Of a DNA stretch of 64,000 nucleotides, positions 21,801 through 31,962 are shown in pieces. Source of the DNA: Blastocladiella emersonii ATCC 22665 (Eukaryota > Fungi > Blastocladiomycota); NCBI GenBank assembly GCA_025594325.1, contig JANHCV010000016.1, positions 186,001-250,000 on the forward strand, read 5' to 3'. The notes under the pieces were generated by a model. That model worked only from the letters and a program-made list of their open reading frames with translations. It made no database searches and had not been told where the DNA came from. How positions within the stretch are numbered: the stretch's first letter is position 1; each line of letters opens with the position of its first letter. A program made the position numbers and the translations under genes.

Positions 21801-22767
21801 GGCCATGTGCGAGTCGCTTGAGATCAAGGCCAAGCTCTCGACGGCGTACCACCCGCAGACCGACGGGCAGACCGAGCGCATGAACCAGACCCTCGAGGTG
21901 TACCTGCGCATGTTCGCCAACGAGGACCAGTCGAACTGGGCCGAGCTGCTGCGGTACGCCGAGATGGCCATCAACAACACGGTCAACGAGTCAACGGGCA
22001 TGTCGCCGTTCAAGGCCAACTACGCGTTTGACCCGCGGCTCTCGGCCGCGCCAGTTCGGTCGGATCGGGTCCCGTCAGCCGCCGCGCTGGCCGAGCGCAT
22101 CGCCGACGTCCAGGGCAAGCTGCGCGAGAAGGTCGAGCGCGCCAAGGAGCTGTACAAGAAGCACGCTGACCGCCGCCGCCGCGAGGGCCCCGACTACAAG
22201 GTCGGCGACATGGTGCTGCTGAGCACCAAGAACCTGCGCGTCAACGTGCCCAAGGCCAAGCTCGGGCCCAAGTACACGGAGCCGCTCAAGATCGTGCGCC
22301 TCATCCGGAAATCGGCCGTCGAGCTCAAGCTGCCGCCGACCATGGCGCGCGTCCATCCCGTGTTCCACGTCTCGCTCATCAAGCCGATCGACGAGCACGA
22401 CGAGGAGGCGTTCCCGGGCCGCGCGCTGCCGCCGCCAACGCCGTACGCCGTCAACGGGCACGAGGAGTGGACGGTCGAGGCGATCCGCGACGCGCGCAAG
22501 GTCGGCCGCAGCGTCGAGTACCTGCTCAAGTGGCACGGCTGCCCCGAGGACGACAACACCTGGGAGCCGTACGCGAACCTCAAGCACCTCGAGCTGCTCG
22601 CCGAGTTCCACGCGCAGAACCCGTCAAAACCCGACCCGCGGAGGGGGAAGGGGAGATGGTGTCACGGTTCAGTGATCCGACGGCTCGGGCTGGTGGCGCG
22701 GGCTGGTGGCGCAGTCCCTCATAAGCCGAGCGTTGCCCTTGCTCTCCCTCTCTCTTGTCATTCGTGA
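18799..22767 (+). CDS. pol: Pol polyprotein: protease, reverse transcriptase, RNase H, integrase, chromodomain
   Basis: LDTGA protease, YLDDILI RT, EADASNFAIG RNase H, HHCC zinc finger plus D,D35E integrase core, and chromodomain EYLLKWHG..DNTWEP. The frame is uninterrupted and reads through the PPT into the 3' LTR. Confidence 0.97.
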   Translation: MPVAPALVVGKRQSGVAEQAATSSKPKPADLGGTTAMATAAAAADKMSVPADKKKKMNKNKKQNMNDKKTNGKSVAAYFGALVRLEMAQDHLHLGGLLAHPGLRTAPIPTFMMLDTGAPVNLISRRVAEQAGLVPKRLARRIDLRGVVGSAPGQRQYISHYVHAAVSVTSPEFLHAAVAGSQTVFADGVVPPGDASKQKRVVGDAGRAIDIPCLHCSVARFLVVDSPAFPVIMGLEWMVANGAKPDPRSATVAIDGACTGRCGCPPAQRVTVATVAPRVDLDPLAWDEAHGPPEAPDDAAPKRVLPAKYLKWAHVFDAAAASALPPHRPYDCEIELVEGAKVPFLPVYALSQPELEELRKTIDENLARGFIRPSRSPAGAPIMFVPKKDGSRRMCVDYRRLNALTVKNRYALPLIAELMNQVQGARIFTKFDLRGAYNLVRIREGDEWKTAIRTRYGHYEWMVMPFGLTSAPAAFQAFVNDVFRDLLDRRGVLVYLDDILIFSEDPEEHTALVKEVLQRLADNKLYVKLEKCEFDVTRVEYLGHILTTEGAEMDPAKVRAVTEWPAPRTVKEVQAFLGLANYYRRFIPEFSELTIPLTRLTQKDTPWRWGDTEAAAFAAIKTRFASDQFLAHPDPSKPFIVEADASNFAIGCVLSQVDYEGTLRPVAFHSRALKAAELNYPILDKELLSIKVAFEIWRHHLEGAQHPVEVYTDHKNLEHFRTMTVESQRHARWALFLERFSFRFTYRPGAINGRADALSRRADYELFDNPMLGRAVVPASALTVAATAAASAPLVAGTQGDDVLAAIRDGLAEDELAQSMQRNPGKHPSLTMDLDGFVWRDDRLYVPSGVARTRVIEEAHATRVAGHFGVQRTIEKVSRSYWWPGMRNVIERFVKSCLTCARAKVPRHRPDGELQPLPTPPRPWSSISMDFITDLPRSKGHTCIMVVVDRFSKMTHFIPLAALPTAATTADAFIEHVVRPHGLPDDIVSDRGSQFTSRFWSAMCESLEIKAKLSTAYHPQTDGQTERMNQTLEVYLRMFANEDQSNWAELLRYAEMAINNTVNESTGMSPFKANYAFDPRLSAAPVRSDRVPSAAALAERIADVQGKLREKVERAKELYKKHADRRRREGPDYKVGDMVLLSTKNLRVNVPKAKLGPKYTEPLKIVRLIRKSAVELKLPPTMARVHPVFHVSLIKPIDEHDEEAFPGRALPPPTPYAVNGHEEWTVEAIRDARKVGRSVEYLLKWHGCPEDDNTWEPYANLKHLELLAEFHAQNPSKPDPRRGKGRWCHGSVIRRLGLVARAGGAVPHKPSVALALPLSCHS
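18826..18867 (+). promoter_or_regulatory. Putative -1 ribosomal frameshift signal joining gag to pol
   Basis: G GGA AAC heptamer in the gag frame, followed 7 nt later by the hairpin GGGCGT-A-GCGG/loop/CCGC-G-ACGTCC. pol is in the -1 frame. Confidence 0.7.
22641..22659 (+). promoter_or_regulatory. Polypurine tract
   Basis: GAGGGGGAAGGGGAGATGG immediately before the TG of the 3' LTR. Confidence 0.9.
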
Positions 22768-22833
22768 TACAATCCTTCATTATCCGGCTAGTCATTCCTC
22801 GTGGCGCAAGACCCTCCCCCTCGGCACCTTACA

Positions 22834-23399
22834 AAGGGCGAGACAGCTGTAATCGTAACTCCTGGAGCCAAGTCCTCGTCGTCCCAGAGGTCGGCACAGC
22901 TCGCCAAGAGCAGGTCGAGTCGAAGCACCATGGCAGCTTGATGGGCACGAATTGCTGCGAGGTCTGCGATCTTGCAGCGTATGTAGCTGGGGGAAGCTGA
23001 GTTGGGAAGACGACCAGCCCCGCGCCTCGAGGCCATTGAAGCATACAACTTGTCAAGCGAGTCCAGGTACTGCCGATTTCGCGTGAGCATGCTCATGGTG
23101 GAGTCGATGCAGCTGAGAACGCGGCGGGCCAGGTTGTAAGTCCTGACACGAGCGTCATCGTCAACCGTGGCCACAGGGAAGCTGAACAGCGACAAATCGA
23201 TTCGGGCGAGAAATGTCGCCAACAGTCCGCTGCCCTCACAGTAATCGAACTGCTCAGCGATAGCGAGAAACTTGGCTGTGGGAGAGGGAAAAACTTTGGG
23301 TTGAAAGCCGTCTACGACGTCGCGAACCTTGAGGGCCAACAAGAGGTCGACCGGAAGACCACAGGCGGTTAATTCCCTGCGACGCTCAGCAGCTCTCAT
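22834..23399 (-). pseudogene. 5' part of a degenerate gene interrupted by the LTR composite
   Basis: ORF 22788..23399 runs into the 3' LTR. Its ...IRAHQAAMVLRLDLLLASCADLWDDEDL segment resembles ORF 31367..31690. Confidence 0.45.
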
Positions 23400-23599
23400 C
23401 GCCGAAACGGCTCCCAGCTTGAGGGGCCTGGCGTCACGCCTGACGTCAGGTCCGACGCGTGGGTCGCGACGCGACGGCTGACGCCAGGGTCAAAATGTTT
23501 TTCATCAGGTCTGGCGTCAGACCACGCAGAAATCGTCAGCCGTGACGCCAGGCCTGACGCAACGGTTGATGCGAGGGTCGGTGCCTGGTTCGCGCCACG

Positions 23600-24750
23600 C
23601 TTCCGGATTGCTCACTTGCTCACCCTGATAGGCATTCCGATAGACCGATTCGAATAATAGCTCTGTATTAATCATGATACGCCGCTGCTCGCGGCCCGAG
23701 CTCTTCCGCGGCCGCCGTCGCCGCCACTCCTTGATGCGCGGGAACGAGTGCTTGAGCTCGGTCTCGATGCCGCCGACCCGTGCCCTCCCGCCCACCTTCG
23801 ACGTGGCAGTCGATCTTGATCGGGCTGAGTGGGTGCGCTTGATGGCCGCGCGGAGGCTGGTGCCCTTGATCTCCTTGAGTGACGCGATCTCGCACTTGGC
23901 GTCGGCGATGGCCACGGTCACCGACCGTCGCAGCGAGTCGAGCTTGGACTTCTGCGCCGCCGAGTGTCGTTGCCCTGGTGCGGAGGGGCGCAAGGTCAGC
24001 GACGCGGAGGGAGAGAGGGGCGGTGCCCGCGAGACGTACCGCGTGGTCCTCGTAGCCGAGGGCGACTTGTCCTTGCACTGCAGCGAGTCGAGGACCTTGG
24101 TCTTGCCGATGTTGGCGCCAGCAAGCTGCCGCTTGATCTGCAGTGAGATGCGTACGTGCGTGTTAGCGAGGGGCTCGAAGCGCGCATCCTAGGCCGCGGA
24201 CCAGGTCGAGAACGCACCGTGATCGAGCATGCCCGAGATCTCGCTGTACTCGACCTCGAACACCTTGGCGGGTGCGAGGAAGTCGATGGCCATGGTCGGG
24301 GCCGTGGTTGACGTTGCTCGAGGTCTTGACGGCCGTCGCGGACGCGTCCTTGGTGACCATGGCGGTGCAGTTGGTGATCGAGTCGATCTCGGCCTTGACG
24401 ACACCATGGGCGCGCGGGCGACGGCGGCCACGATGTCCGAGCGGCGCAGACGCCCACAGCGAGTGAGAAAGCGTACCGCATCGCGGAGCAGCTTGGCGGC
24501 CTTGATTACGGCGACGTGCTCGCAGTGTCGCTACACGGCCGACAACGCGTCAGAAAGCGGGTCGCATTGTGGACGCGGCGATCCACGCGCACACCTCGTT
24601 GAACTCGGCCGTGCACACGCTTGGCGAGGCCCTTGTCGAGCAGCCTGGTCGCGTCGGGAGCTCGACCTTGCGCGCGTCACCGAGGTGGTCGATAGTGTCG
24701 GACGAGGCGCGCTTGGCGCGGGTCAGCACAAGCGCCCGGTGGGTGGAGAT
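23600..24750 (-). pseudogene. Frameshifted, stop-containing accessory gene inside the putative DNA transposon
   Basis: Coding-like minus-strand segments (HGVVKAEIDSITNC..., MAIDFLAPAKVFEVEYSEISG..., ...ASLKEIKGTSLRAAIKR) lie in different frames with internal stops. Confidence 0.3.
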
Positions 24751-25414
24751 CTGAAAACGTGGGGCGACGTGGGGAACAAGTGAGCGGTGTTTGAGCGGCA
24801 CAGCAGGGCGGCGAGTGATTAGGGGGTGATGACGGGCGCAACCAAGCCAATCCGACGCATGGGTCAATCGGCAGCGGTCCCGCGCGTGGCGAGGGCGAAG
24901 GGTGTCGAGGGAAAGGGCGAAAGTGGGGCAGATGAGTCGACGGAAAATGCGCCCTCGCGGCGACTCAGCACGACGCGGATGCACCGCCGCAGAGGCGACG
25001 TACGCCTCCTTGGTGGCCCTGAGCACGTCTCGGGGGTCGGTTCGTCGTCTTAGGCGAGCGTGGAGGCCGCGGACACGACTCGGACCCGGCGAGCGACGCG
25101 GCGAAGGCGGCCTCACGACGCGGGCGCCGCGTTGGCCGGCGCAGTGTGGGCAACATACGGGCGGGGCTGCATGCGATGCCGAGGGGAGTGGTGCGTCAAA
25201 TGCATGGTGATAGAGGGGGTCGCGCGGGGACTTGGCGGGTCGGCGGGAGCGGCAGCCATCCGCGCCCAACGCGCGCGCTGAAGAAGGATCGGCAAAGAAC
25301 GAAAGCGTCACGTGGCGTGACCTTCGCGTCCCTCGCCTCCCTCACCGCTCGACGCACCATGCAAACCCATCTTGCGACTCTATGCAACCGACCTGAAATA
25401 CCGAGCTCTACCTC

Positions 25415-26927
25415 TTGCTATGCCTGACGCTGTCAAATCTGTGTGTTTGCGCTCACACAGCTCCGATCTCCCCGTCGGAACTTGTCAAGTTCAAAGTTCT
25501 CACACTCGATGAGCTCCACTGCACTCTGCTCCGCGGATCAGCGCAGAGTGACCGGTCGCTCGAGTACGCCGAACTGGCCCTCGGCTGGTTCGACCAGGCC
25601 GCTCGCCGCGCGTCTGTGCGCGCGCTCCTCAACGACTACACCATGACCCACACGCTCAAGTACCACTACCTGAGCGAGTACGTCGAGTTCATCAAGCGCT
25701 TCGGTCCCACCACGATCCTGTCGACCGAGGCAATGGAGCGCTTGCACAAGTTCAACGCCAAGATCGTGGCCAAGTTCACCAACCACACGGCGACCTCGAC
25801 CGAGCAGACGTTCTCGCGCATGGCCTCGTGCGAGGCCCTGCAGGCGATTGCGCGGGCACTCGTGACGGAGTACGATCCTGCCGTACAGACTTGCTGATTC
25901 CTTGCACGCCACGGGGCATCACTAACACTCGCGTTACCACGATTGCGTTACAGGAATACGAGGGCATGGACGAGGTCTTCAACAACCTGACCGACGTGCG
26001 CCTGACCACGCTCAAGGCGACGACGTTTGACCTCAGCAACTTTGGTCCCGGGCGCGAGGAACACTTCTCGTTCGGCACGACCGCGAGCTTGAGCATGGAC
26101 CAGCTCTCGACCCGGACCCCGTTCCTCGCCCAGATCCTCCATGGTTACCTGGCAGAGGACGCTGGACTCTCGGCGCAGCGCGCGGCCGACGATCCGCTCA
26201 TGCGTCCTGACGACAGCAAGGTGCTCGCGTGCGCGCGAACTGTATTGCAAACACTTGAAGCTGACGCTCCCGCCTCGTTCCGCGTGTAGCTCTTCATGTC
26301 CAAGGCGATATCGTTCGAGGCCTTCTCGCTCGGCGGGTTCCGCAACGAGCAGCTCACGGGCAAGTGCCAGTTCCCGACCCGCGGCAAGACGCACGCGGAC
26401 TGGGTCATGGTACGCTGCTGGCTGTGCTCATAACCGAATCGTTCGGTCGCTAACATCTGCTATTATCTCGTGTACGGTAGTATCTCACGTCGGACAAGAA
26501 GTACCGCGTCGGGAAGCTGGCCGCCGCGCTGCACTTCACGCACAACGGCACCGAGCATGACGTGACCATCGTCGAGCAGTTCCGCGTCCAGAACGACGCG
26601 CCGGGCGGCGGTAAAAAGTACAAGAACATCCCGGTACAGGTCCTTGCCCTGCATCCCGCGGTGCCGGGGATGGGTCTCGGCCGCTACCACGCCTTGAGCG
26701 TGGCGGCCTTCCAGACCTATGTCCACGTCGTGCCCGACTACGATCGGCCCGCGGCGCCGACGACCGCAGGCGCAGCCAACTTAAAGCTCGACAGCGAGTA
26801 CCGGGTGGCTGCTCAACCCGTTCGACTGCGCGGGGTCGGCCGCGCTCATGGCGTACCTGTGGGAGCGCGACCTGCTCGAGGTGGTGGTGTAGGGGACCCG
26901 ATCGGGGCCCGCGGCGGCGGCGCGTAG
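25415..26927 (+). pseudogene. Plavaka/CMC-like transposase, C-terminal fragment
   Basis: TLKYHYLSEYVEFIKRFGPTTILSTEAMERLHKFNAK..FTNH matches the KxHxxxHY..I..FG...STE..ERLH...K...TN motif I recall. The downstream ...VEQF...YVHVVPDY fits the same family. It has stops and frame breaks, and no N-terminal catalytic part is seen. Confidence 0.65.
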
Positions 26928-27849
26928 CGAGCGCCGTCCCTTGCAGAACTAGCAACGAGAACGAGCTGCGGCGCGTGGCGTGCGCCGCTGGTTGAAATAC
27001 ATGCCCTCGTTCTCTCAACTACCGCGGCGGTGACTTGGCGTGTTTTGCGCCCGCGAACGACCCTTCCTCGAGGTCCGACGACGAGTTGGAGCGCAAAACC
27101 TCTCTTCGCCGCGTCGCCGTCTCCAGTAGTCGCTCATAAACAAGTTGCATCAAGTTGGAGAAGAGTAGGATTCATGGTTCGTGGTCGAGGCATACGTGGC
27201 GGAGAGCCGGGACTCTCGCGTCGCGAACCGGACCCCCACGCGTCAGACCTGGCGTCAGGTCCGGTCGAGGCTGACGCCAGCCCCGACGTGAGATTGGCTG
27301 GGACCACCGCCGACCTGGCGTCAGGGGTCTGGCGTCAGCCCTCGCGTCTCCAGGGCCGTTTCGGCGAGGCTCGCGGCGGCAATGAGCTTCAAAAGAAATA
27401 CATGAGTTGTCAGGCGGAGAGGACAGAGGCTTGTCGCAGAGTCGATCGGCGCCTCGGCCGCGCACGCCCTGGCGGCGCAGCCTGATCACGCTGGTCACGT
27501 GCGTCTGACCAACGCGTACGATCATTCACCTGTGCACGTTTCCTCCTGGCGTTTTTCACCGACTCCGCTAATTTGGACGATGACTTGCACCAATGTTGTG
27601 TTTTTCGGTGAGCGGAAATCCAGTTTAACGGCATTTAAACCATGCGCGCGAGGACCGTCTGACTGCGCACATTATCGGTGGATTGATTACTGATCGAAAA
27701 ATAATAGGATCATATCTTTCTCTAGAATCGAGCAAGGTGTTTTCAACTCAGCCAAAGGATAGTGCACACATCACAGAGAAAATCTGAAGAGTCCAGTCTC
27801 GTCAAGAATCATGTCTAGCAGGAGCAGCGACTCCACATGGAGTGAAAGG

Positions 27850-29120
27850 AGTTGGGCTGCCATTGCGCTGGGCGCGAACTTGGCCTCATCATCGTCGCAA
27901 AGATCTTCTTACTGGTACTCAAGAGCGTGAAGTCGCTCCAGGTAGGCTTGATTGCGCGCTCGCCGCATTGCGGTCTCAAAAGCAGCAAGTCCCAGCTTTT
28001 TCGTTCTTGGCTGACGCCTGCGGCGGTACGACGCGAGTTCCTTGTGGACCCTGGCAAGCTCGCGTCCCGCGAGTTCAAGTGTCCAATTGACGCTAGCCAT
28101 GATTTTTCTCGCAGCAAGAACGGTGGGGCGGCGAGCTGAACAAAGGCGGGCGCCTTTCAGTTTGGACTTGACCTTGCAAGGAATTTCGTCAACTCTGAAC
28201 ACGGTCATTGTAAGTCGTTTCGGGACAGTATGCTTCGCAATCAGTTGAAGATATCCGGAAACCGAACGGCTTTCTCTTTCATCAATCTTCGCGAGGTACC
28301 AAACATTGACCAGTCAAGGCTGGTGAGAAAAGCTGTCAGGGCCCCCACCCCATCACAGCGGTCAAGCAATGCAACGATGGCGATGTACTTTGCCATGAGC
28401 GAAGAGAAATGCCTGCCTTGAAGACGATTGAGAATGGGGCAAAGTTGGCTCGCCAGGACGATGTTGACTGGAATGTAACCAATGACGAACTGCCTGCGCG
28501 TCGCGATGCGTCGCTCACCGCCTCCCGTGGATGCAATAGTTGATTCATCAGCAGTTTTGGGTGGTCAGCAGCGGGAGAGAGCTATCGCTGGGAACCTTAG
28601 TGGCTGATGGAAGCGGTTTACGTCACGCGAAATTGTTGTTAGACGCATGCATTCGAGCGCTCGCTGCATGCAAAAGCGTGTAAGGATGTAATTTATTAAT
28701 CCGCTTTGTGGCAGAGAGGTGTCCATGTATCGCATCTGGTTTGGAACGATATGCGTGCGGTACGATGAGGGAAAGTGAGCAAGCTAGCTTGACTGTCAAC
28801 TTGGGGCCGTGACTTACTCGCCAGAAGCTGGCTCGGTCGTTGCGCAGGATCTCAGGGAAGACATTCTCACTACAGCAGTAGGAAGAGTTATTAAGGAAAA
28901 AAAATGAGGTGCTCTGGACCGAAACCGCGTACATTTCTGCAGCGACGGCCGCCTTAAACTTGGCAAACTCGGCCAGGTCGGCATCCTTGACGTCGGCATT
29001 CATGCGCTGGATCTAGTGCTTCTTGAATCCGTCGTACAGCACAGCTTCGATTGCGCGCTTCTCCCTCTGCAGACGCTGGATGCGGGCGACGTCAACGTGC
29101 GCCTGCACGTTAGCCATGGT
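27850..29120 (-). pseudogene. Degenerate gene remnants in an AT-richer zone
   Basis: Protein-like runs are broken by single stops, e.g. ...AIEAVLYDGFKKH*IQRMNADVKDADLAEF... and ...LHALEYQ*EDLCDDE.... Confidence 0.3.
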
Positions 29121-29525
29121 CGATTTGCTGAGCGACATTCTACACGCGTCTGGAAGTTGGCGATTTGCTTCATCGCAGGAACTGTGCGGGCGGAGTGCAG
29201 TGCATACGTTTCGTCGTTATGTGAGGCGACCCAAGGGGCAAACAGCAGTCGCGCGCGGCCGGGTTGACAGCGCACGCGCGCGGGCGGGTCGCGAGCGCTG
29301 GCGCAACGCGTGGCGATCATCGTGTGACCGCACGCCACTTGGAACGCGTCTCGCAGCACGTCTCTAATTGAACGCGAGCGCAAGTCGGCAAACTTGATGC
29401 CGTGATCGTGTTGCGACGCATGCAGTCATAACAGGAGCCGTCCGGGGATCACGGCTTTCTTGGGCGCTGAGAGCAGACACTCTCTGACAGCGTCGAGTAC
29501 AACGAATTCAGGATATGTATCAAAG

Positions 29526-30675
29526 CTACTCGTCATCAAAATCGTCGCCGTCCGAGTCCGCCTGCTTGGGCGCGGGCACTGACGTTGTCCGCGCGCGCTT
29601 GCTGGGCGGCAGTGCCGACTCGATCAGGGCCGCGGTCGCCGCGGCCTTGCGCTTGAGCGTCTTGGCGTCGATCTTCTCGCCCGTCTGCGCGGCCTCGATG
29701 CGCGCCAAGATCTCGTCGTTGGCCGTCGCGAAGATGTACGTCCGCGCGTGGCGGATCTCGGCGTTGGCGGCGGCTGAGATCTTGGCGTCGAAACCAAGCG
29801 TGCGGCGGTGCTCGTAGCCCGGGTACAGGTCGGGGAAGAAGGCTACATTTCGCGCGCGTGAGAGGTTAGCACACGCTACGAGGTCGAAACGCTGGCCGAG
29901 GAAACGTACGGAACGAGGCCTTGGTGATGAGCCCCGACATCTTGGCCAGCCGCTTGACGCCCCACAGGTCGTACGGGTTGCCCGCCTTGACCGTGACGAC
30001 GAACTCGGTGGTCAGCGAGCTGATCGCCGTCGACGACTTGAAGAACTTGAGGAGCAGCTCCTGGTTCGCGCGCACGTTGCGGTCCTGGTTCTTGATACCG
30101 AGACCGACGTGCGGGAAGTTGAACACGATCTTGGAGAAGGTCTTGCCCTTGAGCGCCGGCACCTTGTTGAGCGCCGTCGCGTCGATGCCGAACAGGACCG
30201 TGCCGTCGAGGTTGTTCTTGAGGTCGGCGATGATCTCGGCCGCGTCGGGGTACTTTTCCGCGACGGTCGCCTCGTCGTCGTACGCCGTCGCGATCACGTT
30301 TGCGCCTGACCCGAGCACCTGCGCCACGGCGCGCGCAAACGAGAAGTTGCCCTCGCCGACCAGCAGGATCGTGTCATCGAGCGTGTACGGCACGTAGTCA
30401 TGGCGTTGCCCAGGTGCGGGGACGGCGGCGGCGGCGGGAGCTGACGACTCGTCACCGCCGTTGCTCGCGGCCACCGAGGTAGCGGGAGCGGCAGCGGGCT
30501 TCGACGCGTTCTTCGAGTGACCGGGCCCCTTGCCCTTGAGCTTCCCGCCCGCCACCGCCGATTTGGGGTGCGTCTGCTGATTGTGATGAACCTGGCGGTC
30601 CTTTTTGGCCTGCTTGCCGTGCGTCGCCAGGAACTTGTTGAGCTGCGTCTTGAGCTTCGCCTTCTTTGGTGCCAT
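29526..30675 (-). CDS. BMT5: 25S rRNA (uridine-N3)-methyltransferase Bmt5-like (DUF2431); two exons
   Basis: ILLVGEGNFSFARA, LFGIDAT, IVFNFPHVG, N++LL..FF and YPGYEHRRT motifs. One GTACGT...CTAAC...TGTAG intron. Confidence 0.9.
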
Positions 30676-31366
30676 TGCAGAAAGTGTGTTTTGTGAAAGA
30701 GACAGGGTACGTGGAGCGTGGGGCAGCTGAGGCGAGAGCGCGGGGCAGGTCGAGTTGCGCCACATGTTGATCGCGTCACCTGATCTGCTTCCATGGACAA
30801 CGCGTCGACCGGCTCTCAGGCTGGCGCTGCCAGCGCGATGAGCGGTTCAATCTTTGAGAATAAAGAGATATGGTAATGCCTGCTAAGGATGTCCTTATTC
30901 CCTCAGCCCAGGAGAGATAGCGCAGCGTGCAACGTCCAACGCGGCTGCAAGTCTGATGCTGGACCTGATGCTGGACCACTCAACGAACTAAGCGCACTTA
31001 TATCTCGAGCACTTTGGTTGCTTTCAGTCGCGTTTGTTCTTGGCGACCGATTCCCGATGGGATCACGGACGTGATCACCACCTCAATCAGTGTGGCACAA
31101 CGCGTAACATCAGAGTAGCAGTTCGTTCCCTGCGCATGTCCGGTGGCGACCATGGGACGAGATGAATGGGGAGCATAGTCTTACTTGCGACTCGTTAAAT
31201 TGTTCGTTCGCCACCCGCACCAACCATGACCTGGCCAAGTGTCCGAGTTTCGCGCAACGATATCCAGAAACTTGTCATGGCAGGTACGGTCCCTGGTTTA
31301 CGGTACGTAGAACGTGTTCCTCGTCCGCGTTATTCGACAACTATGATAGATATGCGCACGTCACAT

Positions 31367-31690
31367 CTAGTCTTTGGGCGTCAACGCCCGTTCAGGGATT
31401 GAAGCACACGCTACGAACTTCTTCTCCCACTCCACACATCTCATCGCCTCGAATACACTGAAGTACTCGGCGAGGAGCGCAATTAGGTACGGGACTGTCG
31501 ACTTTGGTAACTCGCTTTCGTCGTCAAAAAGGTCCCGAAGCTCGTCGCACCTGGCCAAGAGCGCATCAACACGAAGCATGACTGCGCCGTAGTGGGCGCG
31601 CAACTCGACAAGTGAGGAGCATAATGTATCCATCTCACAGAACAGTCGTTGGCTCGCTCTCATGAAAACAGTCGTGGCTCGAATGCGCAA
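31367..31690 (-). pseudogene. Degenerate paralog of the gene interrupted at 10490/22834
   Basis: LRAHYGAVMLRVDALLARCDELRDLFDDE..PYLIALLAE resembles the reconstructed ORF. Lies in AT-richer, stop-rich sequence. Confidence 0.35.
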
Positions 31691-31890
31691 CTACTCGGAT
31701 GGTCGTGGCCATGGTCAGAGCTCAAGCGGCAGCTCGATCGTTGAACGGTCGCGGTTCGAAGGCGGGAGTTCTATTAAGAGCGTCGACCTTGATTTTGTCT
31801 CGAGAACGGCGATCCCGGTAACCCGCGAGGAGTCGTCGGCGATGGGACTCGATGTTCGTGATGATCGGGAAATGATCAGTGTGGCGCAAC

Positions 31891-31962
31891 GCGTCTCGTC
31901 TGGGTCGCGTCTCGTCTGGGTCGCGTCTCGTCTGGGTCGCGTCTCGGCTGGGTCGCGTCTCG
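31891..31962. repeat. 16-bp minisatellite GCGTCTCGTCTGGGTC, about 4.5 copies
   Basis: Three perfect units, one unit with a single substitution, and a half unit. Confidence 0.9.

Larger units (their letters stand above)
17539..22833 (+). mobile_element. Full-length Ty3/Gypsy chromovirus LTR retrotransposon (5295 bp)
   Basis: 174-bp LTRs at 17539-17712 and 22660-22833 (2 mismatches). Contains gag with a CCHC knuckle, pol in PR-RT-RH-IN-chromodomain order, and a PPT. Confidence 0.98.
23421..27342. mobile_element. Decayed DNA transposon (Plavaka/CMC-like), probably non-autonomous
   Basis: Clusters of CTGGCGTCAG/CTGACGCCAG at both ends, a 25-bp inverted repeat (23439-23463 vs 27235-27259, 2 mismatches), and an internal transposase C-terminal fragment. 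Exact termini and TSD are not resolved. Confidence 0.55.

Noticed and set aside
31891-31962. CRISPR-like array
   Set aside because: The units are head-to-tail with no spacers, and the context is eukaryotic.
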